From Paragordius varius (Eukaryota; Animalia; Nematomorpha), in assembly GCA_964247055.1 (NCBI GenBank), contig OZ176053.1:7068001-7132000 (forward strand): DNA of 64,000 nt, in the 5' to 3' direction. Every line of letters starts with the position of its first letter. The first letter of the stretch is position 1. Below are positions 46,701 to 60,412 of the stretch, piece after piece. The notes beneath the pieces were generated by a model, which was not told where the DNA came from, searched no databases, and saw only the letters and a list, made by a program, of their open reading frames with translations. The translations under genes and the position numbers were made by a program.

Positions 46701-49700
46701 TAAACAATTTTATACACTCTCATATATGCATGTTAATATACAGATATACCTACTAATTGAACAATTATATGACAATCCACTTTATTTAATGGTTAAATAC
46801 TTTAAATATTAAGTACTAAAAGAATAAAGATAATTGTGGTGCATACGTAAGCGGGTTCGACCATTTTTTATTATAATTACAGTAAAATATTGTTAATTTT
46901 TAACGAATGTCTCAGTGTTTCATCGATTAATTGCGTTGCCGTTACGACGCGGACATAAAAGTCAAAATAATATATATGAATCACGATAAAGACATAAAAT
47001 CTATATTTCCTGAATCATTATGCGCACTAATTTTTGAAAATATTAGGGATAATGAAATTAGCTGTTTATCAAAACCATATCAGATTAAAAAACGTTAAAA
47101 TGTATTTATAAAAGCTGTTGATTTATCGATTTTGCGAACACAGTAATTATTATATAATATTTAAACATCCTTAAACTTAGATTATAATGTCAGCCGCATA
47201 AAAAAATTGTTTTGAAGACCCGACGGTCGAAAAGTTTCTGATTGCTGTTTTACACTTTTTTATCCCTTTCATTGTTTATTTTATCATATAAAAGTAAAAT
47301 GTATTTTGATTCTCATATTGGTTTTGGTTTATGAGCTTGGAAGTTATTCAAGAAAACCCTATTTATCCTAATAGAAAATCGCACACCCTTTTTTAAATTC
47401 ATGCTTGATAACAGTTTATTCCGTCAATACATGCCCTAAATTATATTTATTCAAGATATGATTTTCATACATGAGCTTATTTGAAAATATTTAATAATAT
47501 CTGTTAATATCGGCTCTTTAATATAAACGCAAATTACCTGATCATTTGTTATTTATTGTATGTTGAAATAACTTTTAAAGTTAATTTTTCTACATAGTGG
47601 GCTTTACACATATCAAAACGGTAGAAAAATCACCATAAAATATACAAAAAAACTTTTTCCATTAGATGCCGAAGAATACTTATTATCTCAAAATTAATTT
47701 CAAATTTTCGCCATTATTTTTAATTAAAATTTAAAATATATTTACTGATAAAAGTCACGGGATTGCAGCACATTCCAAAAGTTTAAGAGACTATGTTTAT
47801 TTTGACGATTCGATTAATAAATGTTCCTATCGTGGTTAAATCGAATTCTAGCTTTAACTCCAGCATATGGAAAATATTATCCCGATGTAAAACACATACG
47901 ACCGTATTTATTTAATAATGGCTATTTTTTACGATCGAATAAGATCCTTTTAAAGTTGGTTGACAGAAACCAAACAGGTTAAAATTGAAAGCGACACTAT
48001 AAGATTGGATTTATTTGGTTTAACTGTAACTAATCAAAAAGTTAGCGGGAAAAAACAAAACGAAAAATATACCTATAATATTGGGGAGAAAAAACCAATA
48101 ATAGAAGGGATTAAAGTATTAATCAAAAACGAATCGAATAAAAATCTCAATAGTTATACACCATATACGACCAGTATAATATTGAACTAACTGCTAAGTC
48201 ACTTATAATTGTATACATAGTAGTCTATGCCCCTACGTCAAACGTTCCTAAAGAACACATTTTAGGCAAAGCTCCAAATTTTATATGTAACTAAGAAAGG
48301 ATACGCTTATGTTTAGATTGTTTTCTAATATCTTTAAGTCTTTTTCATTCCACCATGCTCCATTCAGGTTGATTTTACCTGCAAAAACTTGATATTTATA
48401 ATTAAAATCAGCTGTTTTGTTCAATCGTGCTTTAAGCTTCCCAATTATAGACTCTAGGAGGAACAAATAAAATAATAAATTTTATCTAATACAGCAGTAC
48501 CATGTTTGTCAATTATTAACAAAAAAAAATTAAAAACAGTAGTTTATTGACAACATTAAGATCTGGGATATCAAAGTTATTTTTGAAAAAATCGAAATTT
48601 TGTACGGTCCCCGAGACATTGTGTGCGGCCCGCGAAAAATTCGAGAATCTATAATTTGCAAAAATATGCTCACAGCTCATTAAAGTTGATATTTTTTAGA
48701 CACAATCCAATGTGTTTTGCTTATATCTTTTATACGATACATTTTAGTGATATTTTTTGAATGAAGCTTTTGGCCTTTATCAAAAAAAATTTTCTTCACA
48801 AAATGAGCATAAATCTTGCTATTTTCAGATATGGAGCAGTTTACACAAAAGTGAATATGACTTTGTTTATCAAGCGGCATTAGAGCACAAAAATTCCTGA
48901 AATCAAAAAACGTCGATAGATCCTTTTTTCTGCATCGAATCGAATGAAAAAGGGATTAATATAATATTTGAGCTTTAGCGTTGATAGAAATTATCGAAAC
49001 ACTTTGTTTTTATAAGGCTTAATTTTTTGGAGGCTTATTGGCGAAACTCTATAACTCTATATAGATTTAATATATGATTGTTTTGATAAAAATCAATATC
49101 GTTTACCGTATATTAACAAATTTATGATTTATGATTCACCCTGAAATGATTTTTTGACCTTATATTTTTGGTCTTAATGAGCTCCCAAAAAAGAAGAATC
49201 TTAATTGATAACATTGCGTTTGTAACTATCCTTATTCTATACATAAACAAATTAAATTTAATTGACGCTTTTTTATTTAATTTTATTGGACCTAATGTGA
49301 GATAAAAAAATTTTAATTTTGGTTATTAACAGAAATACATACCTTTTTTAGTATATTTACCGCATATATCATTTTAATATTAATTAACCTGAAACTATCT
49401 ATCGAATGATATATCAATCCATTAATATTTATATTGCAGCCTACGGTGTTATATTCTACTAGAATAGATAAGTTTTTTAATCTGAAAGCAAAATCTCCAG
49501 GATTGCTTTAAATTTTTTATGTATGCTAGAGATTAAATAAAGTTATTTCGGAAAAAAATAAATATCTTGCGCGGCCCAAAGAGACCGTATGCGTGACCCG
49601 CGAAAAAATCGGAAATCCATAATTTGCAAAAATATGCTCAGTTTTAGATAATTATTATTTCTTAAATTCAAATTAGCCTATTGAATTGATAACGAAATTT

Positions 49701-50073
49701 TTTTTATCGTGCTTGTATTTTTTACTAATGTAAATTGAATAAAATATTTTTGAATGCCCTTACATATTTAAATGCGGCCCGCCGGTTTATTGCGTCAAAA
49801 ATGCGCTCCCCGGAAAGATGTTTTAAATATCCCTAAATGAATGCTTTAAATTGTGCTTCATATAAATTTTATTTATGTAGTTTTTTCTGCAATGATTAAC
49901 AAATGGTTAAATTTTTTTAATCTTGACTAAATCACGCAATACGTCAGTGCGCAGCTAGTAATATATACTATGAATATTATTGATATGAGTGTCAATAATC
50001 AAAACTTTAAACGTTTTCATTGTTATACCTTCTAAAATTTAAAACAAATTTTTAAAATCATAATTTGATATTA

Positions 50074-53000
50074 ATGAAAAAGTGCGAAATTTCGAAAGCT
50101 AAAAAGCGAAAGATAAAGATGAATTGTTCAAAAAACAAAAAGAACAAAACAAAAAAGCAGAGTATGAAAAAAATGTGCAAGCGTCAACCTCAACGTCCTT
50201 TGGCAAATAAAAAGCGACATCTCAAGAAACGAAAAGCACCCAAAAAGAGCCCTAAAAACACTAAAATTAAAACGCTGAAAAGTAACAAAGGTGGAAGGAA
50301 TTCGAAAAAACACTCTATAACTCAAAAGAAGCGTTTCAACTCCAAAAATAACAAAGGAAAAAGAAATACAGCGATAAAGTGTAGAAAGGTCAGTGAAAAA
50401 CGAAAAATTAAAACTACTACTACAAGAAACAAAGCACCCAAGAGAAAAAAGCAAACTGGAAGAAAATTAAAAAAATATGTTGGAAATAAAAGATTAAGAT
50501 GCAACAAACTCACAATTGTAACGGATCATCCTTCACAAAATCAGTCTGATAATGATTCAGTAATAGTACCGGAAACAAATGTTCCTACCCAGACATTAAA
50601 CAAAAACATTTCAACAGATTCTTCGAAATTAATTAATAGCTCTCCTGCTGTAAGTAAAAAACCCCGAGAAATTACAATACATACAACAAAAGAGTTAAAG
50701 CAGTCTGCTTTGTCAAACAATAGTACAGCAACAATTAATAATATCCTCGAAACTCTTACGCCTGCAGAAAAACATTTAGATAAGACTGTTTCTAATATAA
50801 TAGCCACATCTTATAATAATTCCCCAGTAACAGTTATGCCTTCAAAAAAAGGGTTAAAACGGTCTAATTGTACAGCAAAAATCAATTTCGAAACCACTAT
50901 GCCTACGAAAAAACCTTCAAAGCCTGTTCAAAACATAATAACAACAAATGAGTGCGAAAAAACAATTATGCCTTCCAAACGGTTAAAACAACCTTCTTTG
51001 TTAAATAGTGATTCAACAATAGTTATACCTGATGCAACCATGACTAGATCTGAAAATCAGATTTGTGAAAACACGATTTCCACATTAAATCCAAAACCAG
51101 TAAAATTAAAAAAATGGATACCAGATTATATAAGAAAAGAAGCCGATTGGCCGCCCATAGACGTTGAGGATTTTTTTTTAAAGAAAAAATTAAAAGAATT
51201 GCGACTTATTCTTAAGTCATCAATCATAGGACACGCTGAAATTTCACGTTCACGTTTCCAACTGCCACCCAAAAAATATACTTCCAATATTAATTATAAT
51301 TCTCCGTAAGAGTTTTTGACACATCATGTCCTACTATACTGATTGTTTAGTAATTTGGGCCTTAAATTATCAGCTTTTTAAATTATTGTTAAGATTTGGT
51401 AACATATATATATTTTTAATATCATTTTTTGATTCCTAAAACACTAACTAAAACTGTCAAAAAAATTTTATCAGAGTGGAAAATAAAGCGTTAAAGATAT
51501 ATATTCTATAAATTAATATTAATGATTACACGTTGATGTGAATATTAGAGCTTCAGAAGACAGCCCAGTGGCTATGTCCAATAGTGACACAGGAAGATAT
51601 GTCGCAGGCAAACCATTCATAAATTCCCCCAAAAAAGGTAATAAATAAATAATTTAACCATTTTAAAACACCTATTACTATACGGTTTAACTTCATTAAG
51701 ATTATCATTTTAATTAAATTATATATTTATTTATTTTCTTTTATAAGATTTTAAGCTCTATTATTATGCTTAACTTATAGATTTCAATTCAAAATATTAA
51801 TTAACTATAAATTTAAAAAAGTTTACAAAATTTCGGGACCAGCAGCACATAATACAAAGATTTGGTTAATTGTCACATATTTTTGTCAAATTTGAAATAT
51901 TATATTACAATCATATGCATCCAAAAAATATAACAATAGCCTATTGGCAAGAAATATACAATATTCCTTCAACAAAACGGCTAAAACGGTCCACATTTTT
52001 GTATAATGACACACCACCAATGACAAATGATTTACAAGAAGAAACAACTCCAACAACATCTCAAGATAAGATTGATGACAACAAGCCAAGGACATCAAAT
52101 AATGCAAAACCAGTGAAATATCAGAAACTGATACCGGAATTCCTGAGGGAACGAATCGATTGCATATCCCCGATTAATTTTGAACAAATTAGTTTGAAGA
52201 AAAAAATCGCCCAATTAAGAAACGTAATCAGTGCATCCGAAATCGGTCAGGCCGAATTTTTACGCTCAAGGTCGCTTCAGCGTAAAAAATTCGCAAGTGA
52301 TACAAATTTCAATTCACCGTAAGAATTTTCTTACAAAAATATAGAAATATAATTTATATTCATATAAATAATCATACGATTCCGAATATAATAGACTAAG
52401 TGTATTCGTAATAGAAATACTAAATATTTTCGAGTTTGGGTTTAATTTATATATAAAAATTAATTAAATTTTAAAAATAAAGTGAGAAATCTATAAAAAA
52501 CTCTAAAGTTTACATTTATATTGAATAGTTTCGAGTTTGATAATTTAATTTTTAGGATAGTTTTTAGTTGATTATTTTACAATAACGTGTCGTGCTTAAG
52601 TTAATACTTTCTAAGAAATTAATTGGACTACACAAAAATGTATGCCTTAAATATCTTAAATAACTCCATAATATTTAGAAATAATAATTATAAACATAAG
52701 ATTTTATATTTACAGTACTAACCAATAATTTTAAACCAATGCTAAAATAACCAATCTAAGGTTTTATTATGCTACCTATAGTATATTTATCACAAGTTAT
52801 ATAGATTATATTGATTTTTACAGTAAATGCAATCTTGCGAAACTTAATGAAAAAGTAGCAATGTATAGTTTCTTACAGGATATATTTTTTGAATTTTTTT
52901 ACTAAAGCCACGAAATACTATTTTTTTTATTTGTCAGATAAAATTATGCATAATGATTAATAATTCCTATTATATTTTAATGTGCAAATTGTTTTGTTCG

Positions 53001-53097
53001 TAAAAATAGAGTTTCGGAAACCCCAATATCCGATTCCAACAATGAATCTGGAATAAGGATAGTTCGCAAACCTTATTTTCCTTGGGAACATCAGTAA
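50074..53097 (+). CDS. Second copy of the predicted 4-exon gene (50074-51305, 51549-51637, 51940-52318, 53010-53097), ~595 aa
   Basis: Matches copy A except for a canonical GT donor at 51306 and an in-frame 3-nt deletion in E2. Confidence 0.65.
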
Positions 53098-53111
53098 CTT
53101 TTAAAAATGAC

Positions 53112-53781
53112 CGAGAGATATGGTGCGTCAGTTGGGTTGTCAGTTAGTTAAAATGCCGCCACATTTTGACTAACTCCCTGGTTACAAAGGAAAATCGAAA
53201 ACCGCCAAATATTCTAGTAATTATAGACAAAAAGATATGATGAGTCAGTTGGGTTTTAAGTTGGTTAAAATGCCGCCACATTTTGACTAACTCCCTGGTT
53301 ACAAAGGAAACTCGCAAACCGCCAAATATTCTAGTAATTATAGACAAAAAGATATGGTGAGTCAGTTGGGTTTTAAGTTGGTTAAAATGCCGCCACATTT
53401 TGACTAACTCCCTGGTTACAAAGGAAAATCGCAAACCGCCAACTATTCTAGTAATTATAGTCAAATATGGTGAGTCAGTTGGGTTTTAAGTTGGTTAAAA
53501 TGCCGCCACATTTTGACTAACTCCCTGGTTACAAAGGAAAATCGCAAACCGCCAAATATTCTAGTAATTATAGTCAAAAAGATATGGTGAGTCAGTTGGG
53601 TTTTAAGTTGGTTAAAATGCCGCCACATTTTGACTAACTTCCTGGTTACAAAGGAAAATCGCAAACCGCCAAATATTCTAGTAATTAGAGACAAAAAGAT
53701 ATGGTGAGTCAGTTGGGTTTTAAGTTGGTTAAAATGCCGCCACATTTTGACTAACTCCCTGGTTACAAAGGAAAATCGAAA
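53112..53781. repeat. 117-bp satellite, ~6 units
   Basis: One unit shorter than 7546-8332; the duplication offset drops by exactly 117. Confidence 0.95.
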
Positions 53782-56700
53782 AGAGAAATGCAATTAAACA
53801 GCCAAATATGGAGCTATCCATAACAGAAAAATCCGAATTACCGCCAAATTTGGATAATTCAGTAGTTACACAAAAAGAATAACTTCAGAAAAATTACAAT
53901 TTAATTTATTGCAGATACTCTCCCCTTACCAAAACAATCTATAGATCAAATTATAAATAAATGAAGATCATATTTTACTTACTAATTTAACATGTGTAGA
54001 ACGTTTCACTTTATTAAATACGTTAAATATTTTGTAGCAAAATAAAAATATCTGTGTATATAAGAGGGTCAAAAATTAGATCAATTTTTCGTGGACACAA
54101 ACGCAGGTACACTTACAAAACACTTTATAATATACCTAGTTGATATTGTTAATTGTATTTTCAAGAAAAACAGTTAGTAATAATTCAAGTATTGTGATAT
54201 TACACAAACATGTACAGGAAAAAATTTCTCTAGACAGCCTTAATTAAAAAAAAATTTGGCCGATATTTTTTATACATTCAGGGAATTTTAGCTGCAAAAG
54301 ACATGAGGACAAGCGACAACAATTGCAGGACGTTATTTCTCGCTTAGGCAGGAACGTCGGTCAAAAAAGAACTTATTTTTTCAAATTCGCGCGACAATAT
54401 CATCTGACCAGATATCATTGAAGCCGGCAGAAAATTTAAGAATCGAATGGGACGAATATAGCCCAGGCCAGATTTGATTCGTAAAACTTCATCGAAAATA
54501 GAATGTAACATTAAATTTTTTTTACGAGTCAACCTACGTAAAATACAACTTCAAGCTTAACGTAGAGGGAAAAATGCTCGACGCTTTCATTGCAGGCATG
54601 GGAGTCAAAAAATTAGAATTAGATCTGTATAGCAGATTCCCCAACGCCATGTGGGAAAACGAACCCTAACCCTAAAACAAGTGAACATTGCTCTCAATTA
54701 TGAATAGGCACCTCAATTAGCACTAATCGATGGCAACATGTTACGACAACAGCTGGGAAATATCAGAACAAGTATCGATTCTGCCGTTTAGGTCATGACT
54801 GGAATGACCTCCAACTATACTGTAAGAAAAAAATGATTGCAATCTTCAGCACATCGAATGTGAAGCCACCCCTAAGATAACATTAATAATTAATTGTAAG
54901 CCAATACGCATGATTATGGACACAGGTTCAAGTTTTTCCATAATACTTCGAAATAAGGTTTCACAGCACCCCATTATTTGTATTTTCTGTTACCTAATAG
55001 CATGGAAAGGCTAAAACAAAAAAATGAGGATGCCAATAAGATTTTTTAATTTTAATAAAAACAATTTTTCATCGTGTACACATATTTCAATATTTAAACG
55101 AGCAAGTCAATACAAGTGGTATTTCAGAGCCAGGTATTTTCATTATAATTTTAAAATAAAAATCAAAAATGATTCAAATATAGCAGACCCAGTAAACTAA
55201 ACCACAGAAGATTTTTTTAACGAAGACTCTACAAAAAATGTTATTGATGATCCATATAATTTTATCTAAAAATGTCAGCGATCTTTATATTAAAAAATAT
55301 AAACTGCTTAAAATTGCTGCTGTAGGTTTGTTATTTCTTTGACGCACTACGTCTTATCGAGCGGGCTTGTTATTCGATAGAAATAGACATACGATAAATA
55401 AATATTCAATTTATTGAATATAATTAAAATTCTATTTATTAAATAAAAGATACGAAGATATAGAATTAAAGCTAAGAGCCAAATTATTAAAAATCAAAAA
55501 TATTAAAAATCTAAATTCACAGAATAGAGTTAGACAATTTTGACCATTAAATTGGATAAGAAGATAAGATAAGAAGTGGTCATATCAATATGGTAGGAAA
55601 TCTATTCAGGTAATAAAAGTGGCCGCCCAACATCCATCTGAAATTCAAATTATACCGCATCCAATGATTTTCAAAATAATTAATATCCACTAGGTATAAA
55701 TATTAGGATTTTTAGTAAGAATCAACCGACAAGAAAAACCCTAATAAATAGTGGAAAAAAATAAAACTAACAAATTAAATAAAGCCTCTGTAAAAGCCGA
55801 AAGATGAAACTACCAAACACCGCTTTAGTACGTGTTTAAAATTAGCTTTAAAAAAATCTCCCTGATATTTAAATGACATATTATTTAAAAGATAAAGTTT
55901 AAAACGCTTTATGATACCAATTATTTAATATACCTTTTTATAATAAAGCTAAATTTCATTTTCTGTCATTTTCTTCTTGTTCAATAATTGAAAAACCTGT
56001 AATATCCTGATTAGGGGAGTCAAAGTTTTTTTCAACGCTGAAATTAATCAAAACTTAAAAATTTGAATGGTGGTGCTCAAAAAAGTCCAAATTTATGGAT
56101 TTTGTAACAGATGTCTCGAATATAACGGAATTGTGTTGCTCCACGCAGGGCATAAATAAACCTATTGCCTACGCATCAAGAAAGTGGTCAAACCCGACGA
56201 AAAATATTCAGTGATGAAAAGGGAGCACAGCCATACTTTCCGCTTTAGAATAAAACGTTTATTACGGGGAAGAAGTTTGAACTGTGTATTGAGCACAAAC
56301 CACTAATAAAGCGGTTTGGAAATAATTGAAACTAGACCAATTAATCATTCCAAGCTACTACGTTGGATATATAAAGCTACCGTTACAATCTACGGTGCCT
56401 AAAAGCCACGAAAATGCAGATCCATTGTCCCGCATGCTGGCGAATCACAACACTAAGACATTGAAGGTCTTCAAACAGCAGACCATGCAAGGTTTGACAA
56501 TAGTAGTGTATTCAACATTATCGTGACCATATTAGAAGCCAGACCGAAACCAACCCAAACTTAAAATACGTAATAATTGCACTAAGACCAAACAACTGGT
56601 TCAATAAAATAATACACCCATTCCAAAGTTTTAGAAATATTGAAAATATTTACGGGTTATATTGGCATGATAGATTAATACCAGAATCTCATAGTGTAAT

Positions 56701-59700
56701 TATTTTATAAAACACGTCGGACACGCGGGGTCCAAAGCAATATACGAACAAGCAAGATAAATAGTCTTTTAGCATAACATGGAGACATAAAAAAGTGGGT
56801 TGATACGTGTAAAAAATGTCAAGAAAACCGTCCGATGCGCAAAACTGAATTTCCATACATATGGAATATTAATACAGCAATATTGGAGAGATTACATCTA
56901 GATATAAGGCCCGATCAAGTTTTATTGGATAGTTCTTATTGACAGTTAATCTCGATGAGTCGAAGCTAAACTTGATATCGATTAAAAATATCTTAAATTT
57001 CCTAGACAAATGTTTCAGTCGATTTGGATGTCCTAGAATAATAGTAACCGATATAACGCGTCTTACTTTTCTCTCAGGAGTTTAAAAAATTCATGGAATC
57101 GGAAAACATTAAACATGTAACATTAGTTTCCTATCATCCAAAACCGAACAGAATGGTAGAAAGAGTAGTATATACCCTAAAAAACATTACCGGTCAGCAG
57201 AAAACTGTGATCCACAATCAAAAATAAATAACATGCTTTGGGGATTCCGCATTAACTGCTAATATACCTGTCCCCACAACTTTTATTAAAACGTATACCC
57301 CCCCCTCCATCCAATCACATGCTAGAATATAAACAAACAGACTTATTAGGCAATGCACAACCGAAACACTAATACCATGAAAACGAAAAAATATTTATAA
57401 ATAATGAACTAGTGAATGATTGGCGAGAAGGATTTTGAATAAACGACTTTACTCTCATACGAAATACAAGATGGTAACAATATCATCCGAAAACACGCCG
57501 ATCAATTAAGATCAAGGGAGAGAGGTGAAAGAAAGGGATATATCAGTTTCAGGGAAAAATGATGCTAAATTAAATCCTACTTTCGACACAAACGCACTAT
57601 ACAAGCGCTTATAACACTTTATGATGCACGTAGTCAATATTGTTAATTGAATCTTCAAGCAAGATAGTTGTTCTATTGTGAGATTACACATACATGTTTG
57701 ATTTTAATATCGAATATTTCTTTGTAAAATACTTCAAACTCCATTAGAGGGTTAGCTCATTTTTCATTATAATTAAAGTAAAGTCTGTTTCTTATTTGTA
57801 CACAATGTATAATTTTTCACAATTGATTGCGTTGCCATTTCGAGCATACAAAATTAAAAAACATAAAAAACGATTTAATTAAATTTTTTTATTAATTATG
57901 CGCACAAATTTTCGAAAAACTTAGCGACAATGAAATGAACTTGTGCTGACCAAGTCATGACCTGGTCAATTGACCGGGTCATGATTAGGTCAGGGACTAT
58001 TTATTTTTTGACCATGGTCATTTAAAAAACAGCTGTTTTTTAAAAAAATGTTTGTAAATTTTTTTGGAAGAATGATAGTAAAATTTATTGTTATTTAATA
58101 TATTTATTAAAAAATATAAATTTTTAAATATGCTTATTAAACATATATTAAAAATCCTTAAACAGGCATCCTTATAACATTAGCATATATCAAAAGATAA
58201 ATCAAGCACTGAAGATATGTAATTATTCCATATATGACCAATAAAATGAAAAAACTTCTAATTAGCTATTTCAATGATGAAAGAAAGTGTATAGATAATA
58301 TTTTAAATATCCAGTATTAAAGCTATGTATTTGAAGATTCAGACGGCCACAAACATGTGACAAAAATCAGTTGAAAACAAAGTTTTTGATTAAATTTGAT
58401 TGAAAATATATGTTAATAATAAATATCAAAAAAATGTTTAATACAAACTTTTAAGAACATAACATTATTAGTGAAAGCAAGTGTCGTTCGAACATTATTT
58501 TCACAATCTCCAATATCGCATGATATTTACTTAAGTAAAAAGTGGTCACGACCGTGGTCATGACCAAGGTCTGACTGGGTCTGACCGGACTTTTTTGAAA
58601 AAGCAGTCAAATTTACTACCCTACTACCGAGATACTATTTTTATTTTACATTAGAAACATAAATAAACCCAAAAGTCGTATATGAATTCGTTTTTGGTTA
58701 TTTGTTATGCCTTCTTGATAAAAATGATTTATGAAACATAAATAAATATTATAATTAAAATCTTCTATATAAATAAACCCAAGAACAATGTAATATGGTA
58801 ATATAATTTTTACAAAGTTTAAATCGGATTAAGTCAAACTTTTTATTATAGCCATGTCGAGCTGAATTTAAACTAGAATAAATGAAAAGATAAAATTTGA
58901 TATATAAAAATATATTTTAAATATTGATATCCTGCAGTAAGATACATACCTATTGATATGAAATAACCGTGATCAGACTCTTCGCATGAATGGCATAAAT
59001 AACCGATTTAAGACTGATAACACTAGACAACAAATTTTGACTTTTTTAACTGCCATTCTTGTAATTTAAAATTTATTTTATTAAGGTACATAAATTATAT
59101 ATCTGGAAAAATATTGGTCTAACACTTAATTTTATATTATAGTTTATCGATAATTTTTGGCCCCAATTCAACATTCAATTCGAAATTTCGAAAATTAAAT
59201 AAGTTTTAGATCCATGTATTTAATATCATTCGAAAGAGCGTGAAAAACTGTATCCTCCAAATGGTAGTAAATTATTTTTAATTAATCAGATGTAAAATTG
59301 ATATGGTCGAAATTTTCAGCCCTGTAAACAAGTCAAAAGTTTTCACAGACAAACTATTAATTTTAATATTATTGGATATTGTTTACGCTGAAGTGTGATT
59401 ATATTATTATATATGGAATAATTCAGCAAAAATAATATAAATTTATTATAATATTTCGATTACTACAAGTAATCTTTGTCAAACGTAAAATATGGTTATA
59501 TTAATATTTAATTAAAAAAAAGTCTTTGAAAAAGCTTTTGGTTTGCTTTATTATAAAATTATTATTATCTTAATTATTTTACCTGGTGAATACTAAAATG
59601 CATAGATATAACTGTAAATTTATTGCATAATGGCCATAAAAGATCAAAATACCTTAAACTTGGTTCTTGTTTTTAAAATTTTGAAATTATAAGCTTTAAA

Positions 59701-60412
59701 AAAAATAATTGATGAGATGGTAATTTTTTTAAAAAACTAAACACTTAATGGCTGTTTTGAGTATAAAAGCAATAAAAAAAATGTTTTAATCATTAAAACT
59801 CTCTTGTGTTTTCTTTTTTGGACATCATCACCATATATACAAAGTTTGATTTATTTACATCCATTAGTTTTAAAAATATATTAAATAAAAAAACGCTCTC
59901 GTTTCGTGCGTTTGTCGCTCTCTATGCCCAATATTAATAATAGATGTAAAACATTTTAAACATTTTATAGAGTTGTTTTACTCTTTCGAATGATATATTA
60001 CAACTGGGCATTTCTTGTATATTTTTTGAAGGAAAACATTTTTTAGTAAAATTTTGATAAAGAGGATGCATAATCAAAAAAATCAATTTATTCGACTTAG
60101 GTGAAGATATAATTTTTATTTCAGATTTGCTGTTAAAATGATGGAAAAATGCAAACTTGAGTAGCAGAAAAATATACTGTCCATTGTAATATCTCGTAAA
60201 AGGTGTTCGTTGACCTTTATAAGGTATTGAGTGCCATACCTAATATACAAAAATTATTTATGAAATTATATTAAAATAATTTTTTTATTTACTATCTAAG
60301 CTCACTATTAACACTTGATTCAATTTGGGTAACTAAATACAACAGACTAAATTAAAGTTAAAATTTTTAAAAATCTACTGAAGGAAACGGTCGTAATTTA
60401 AATTTATGCTCT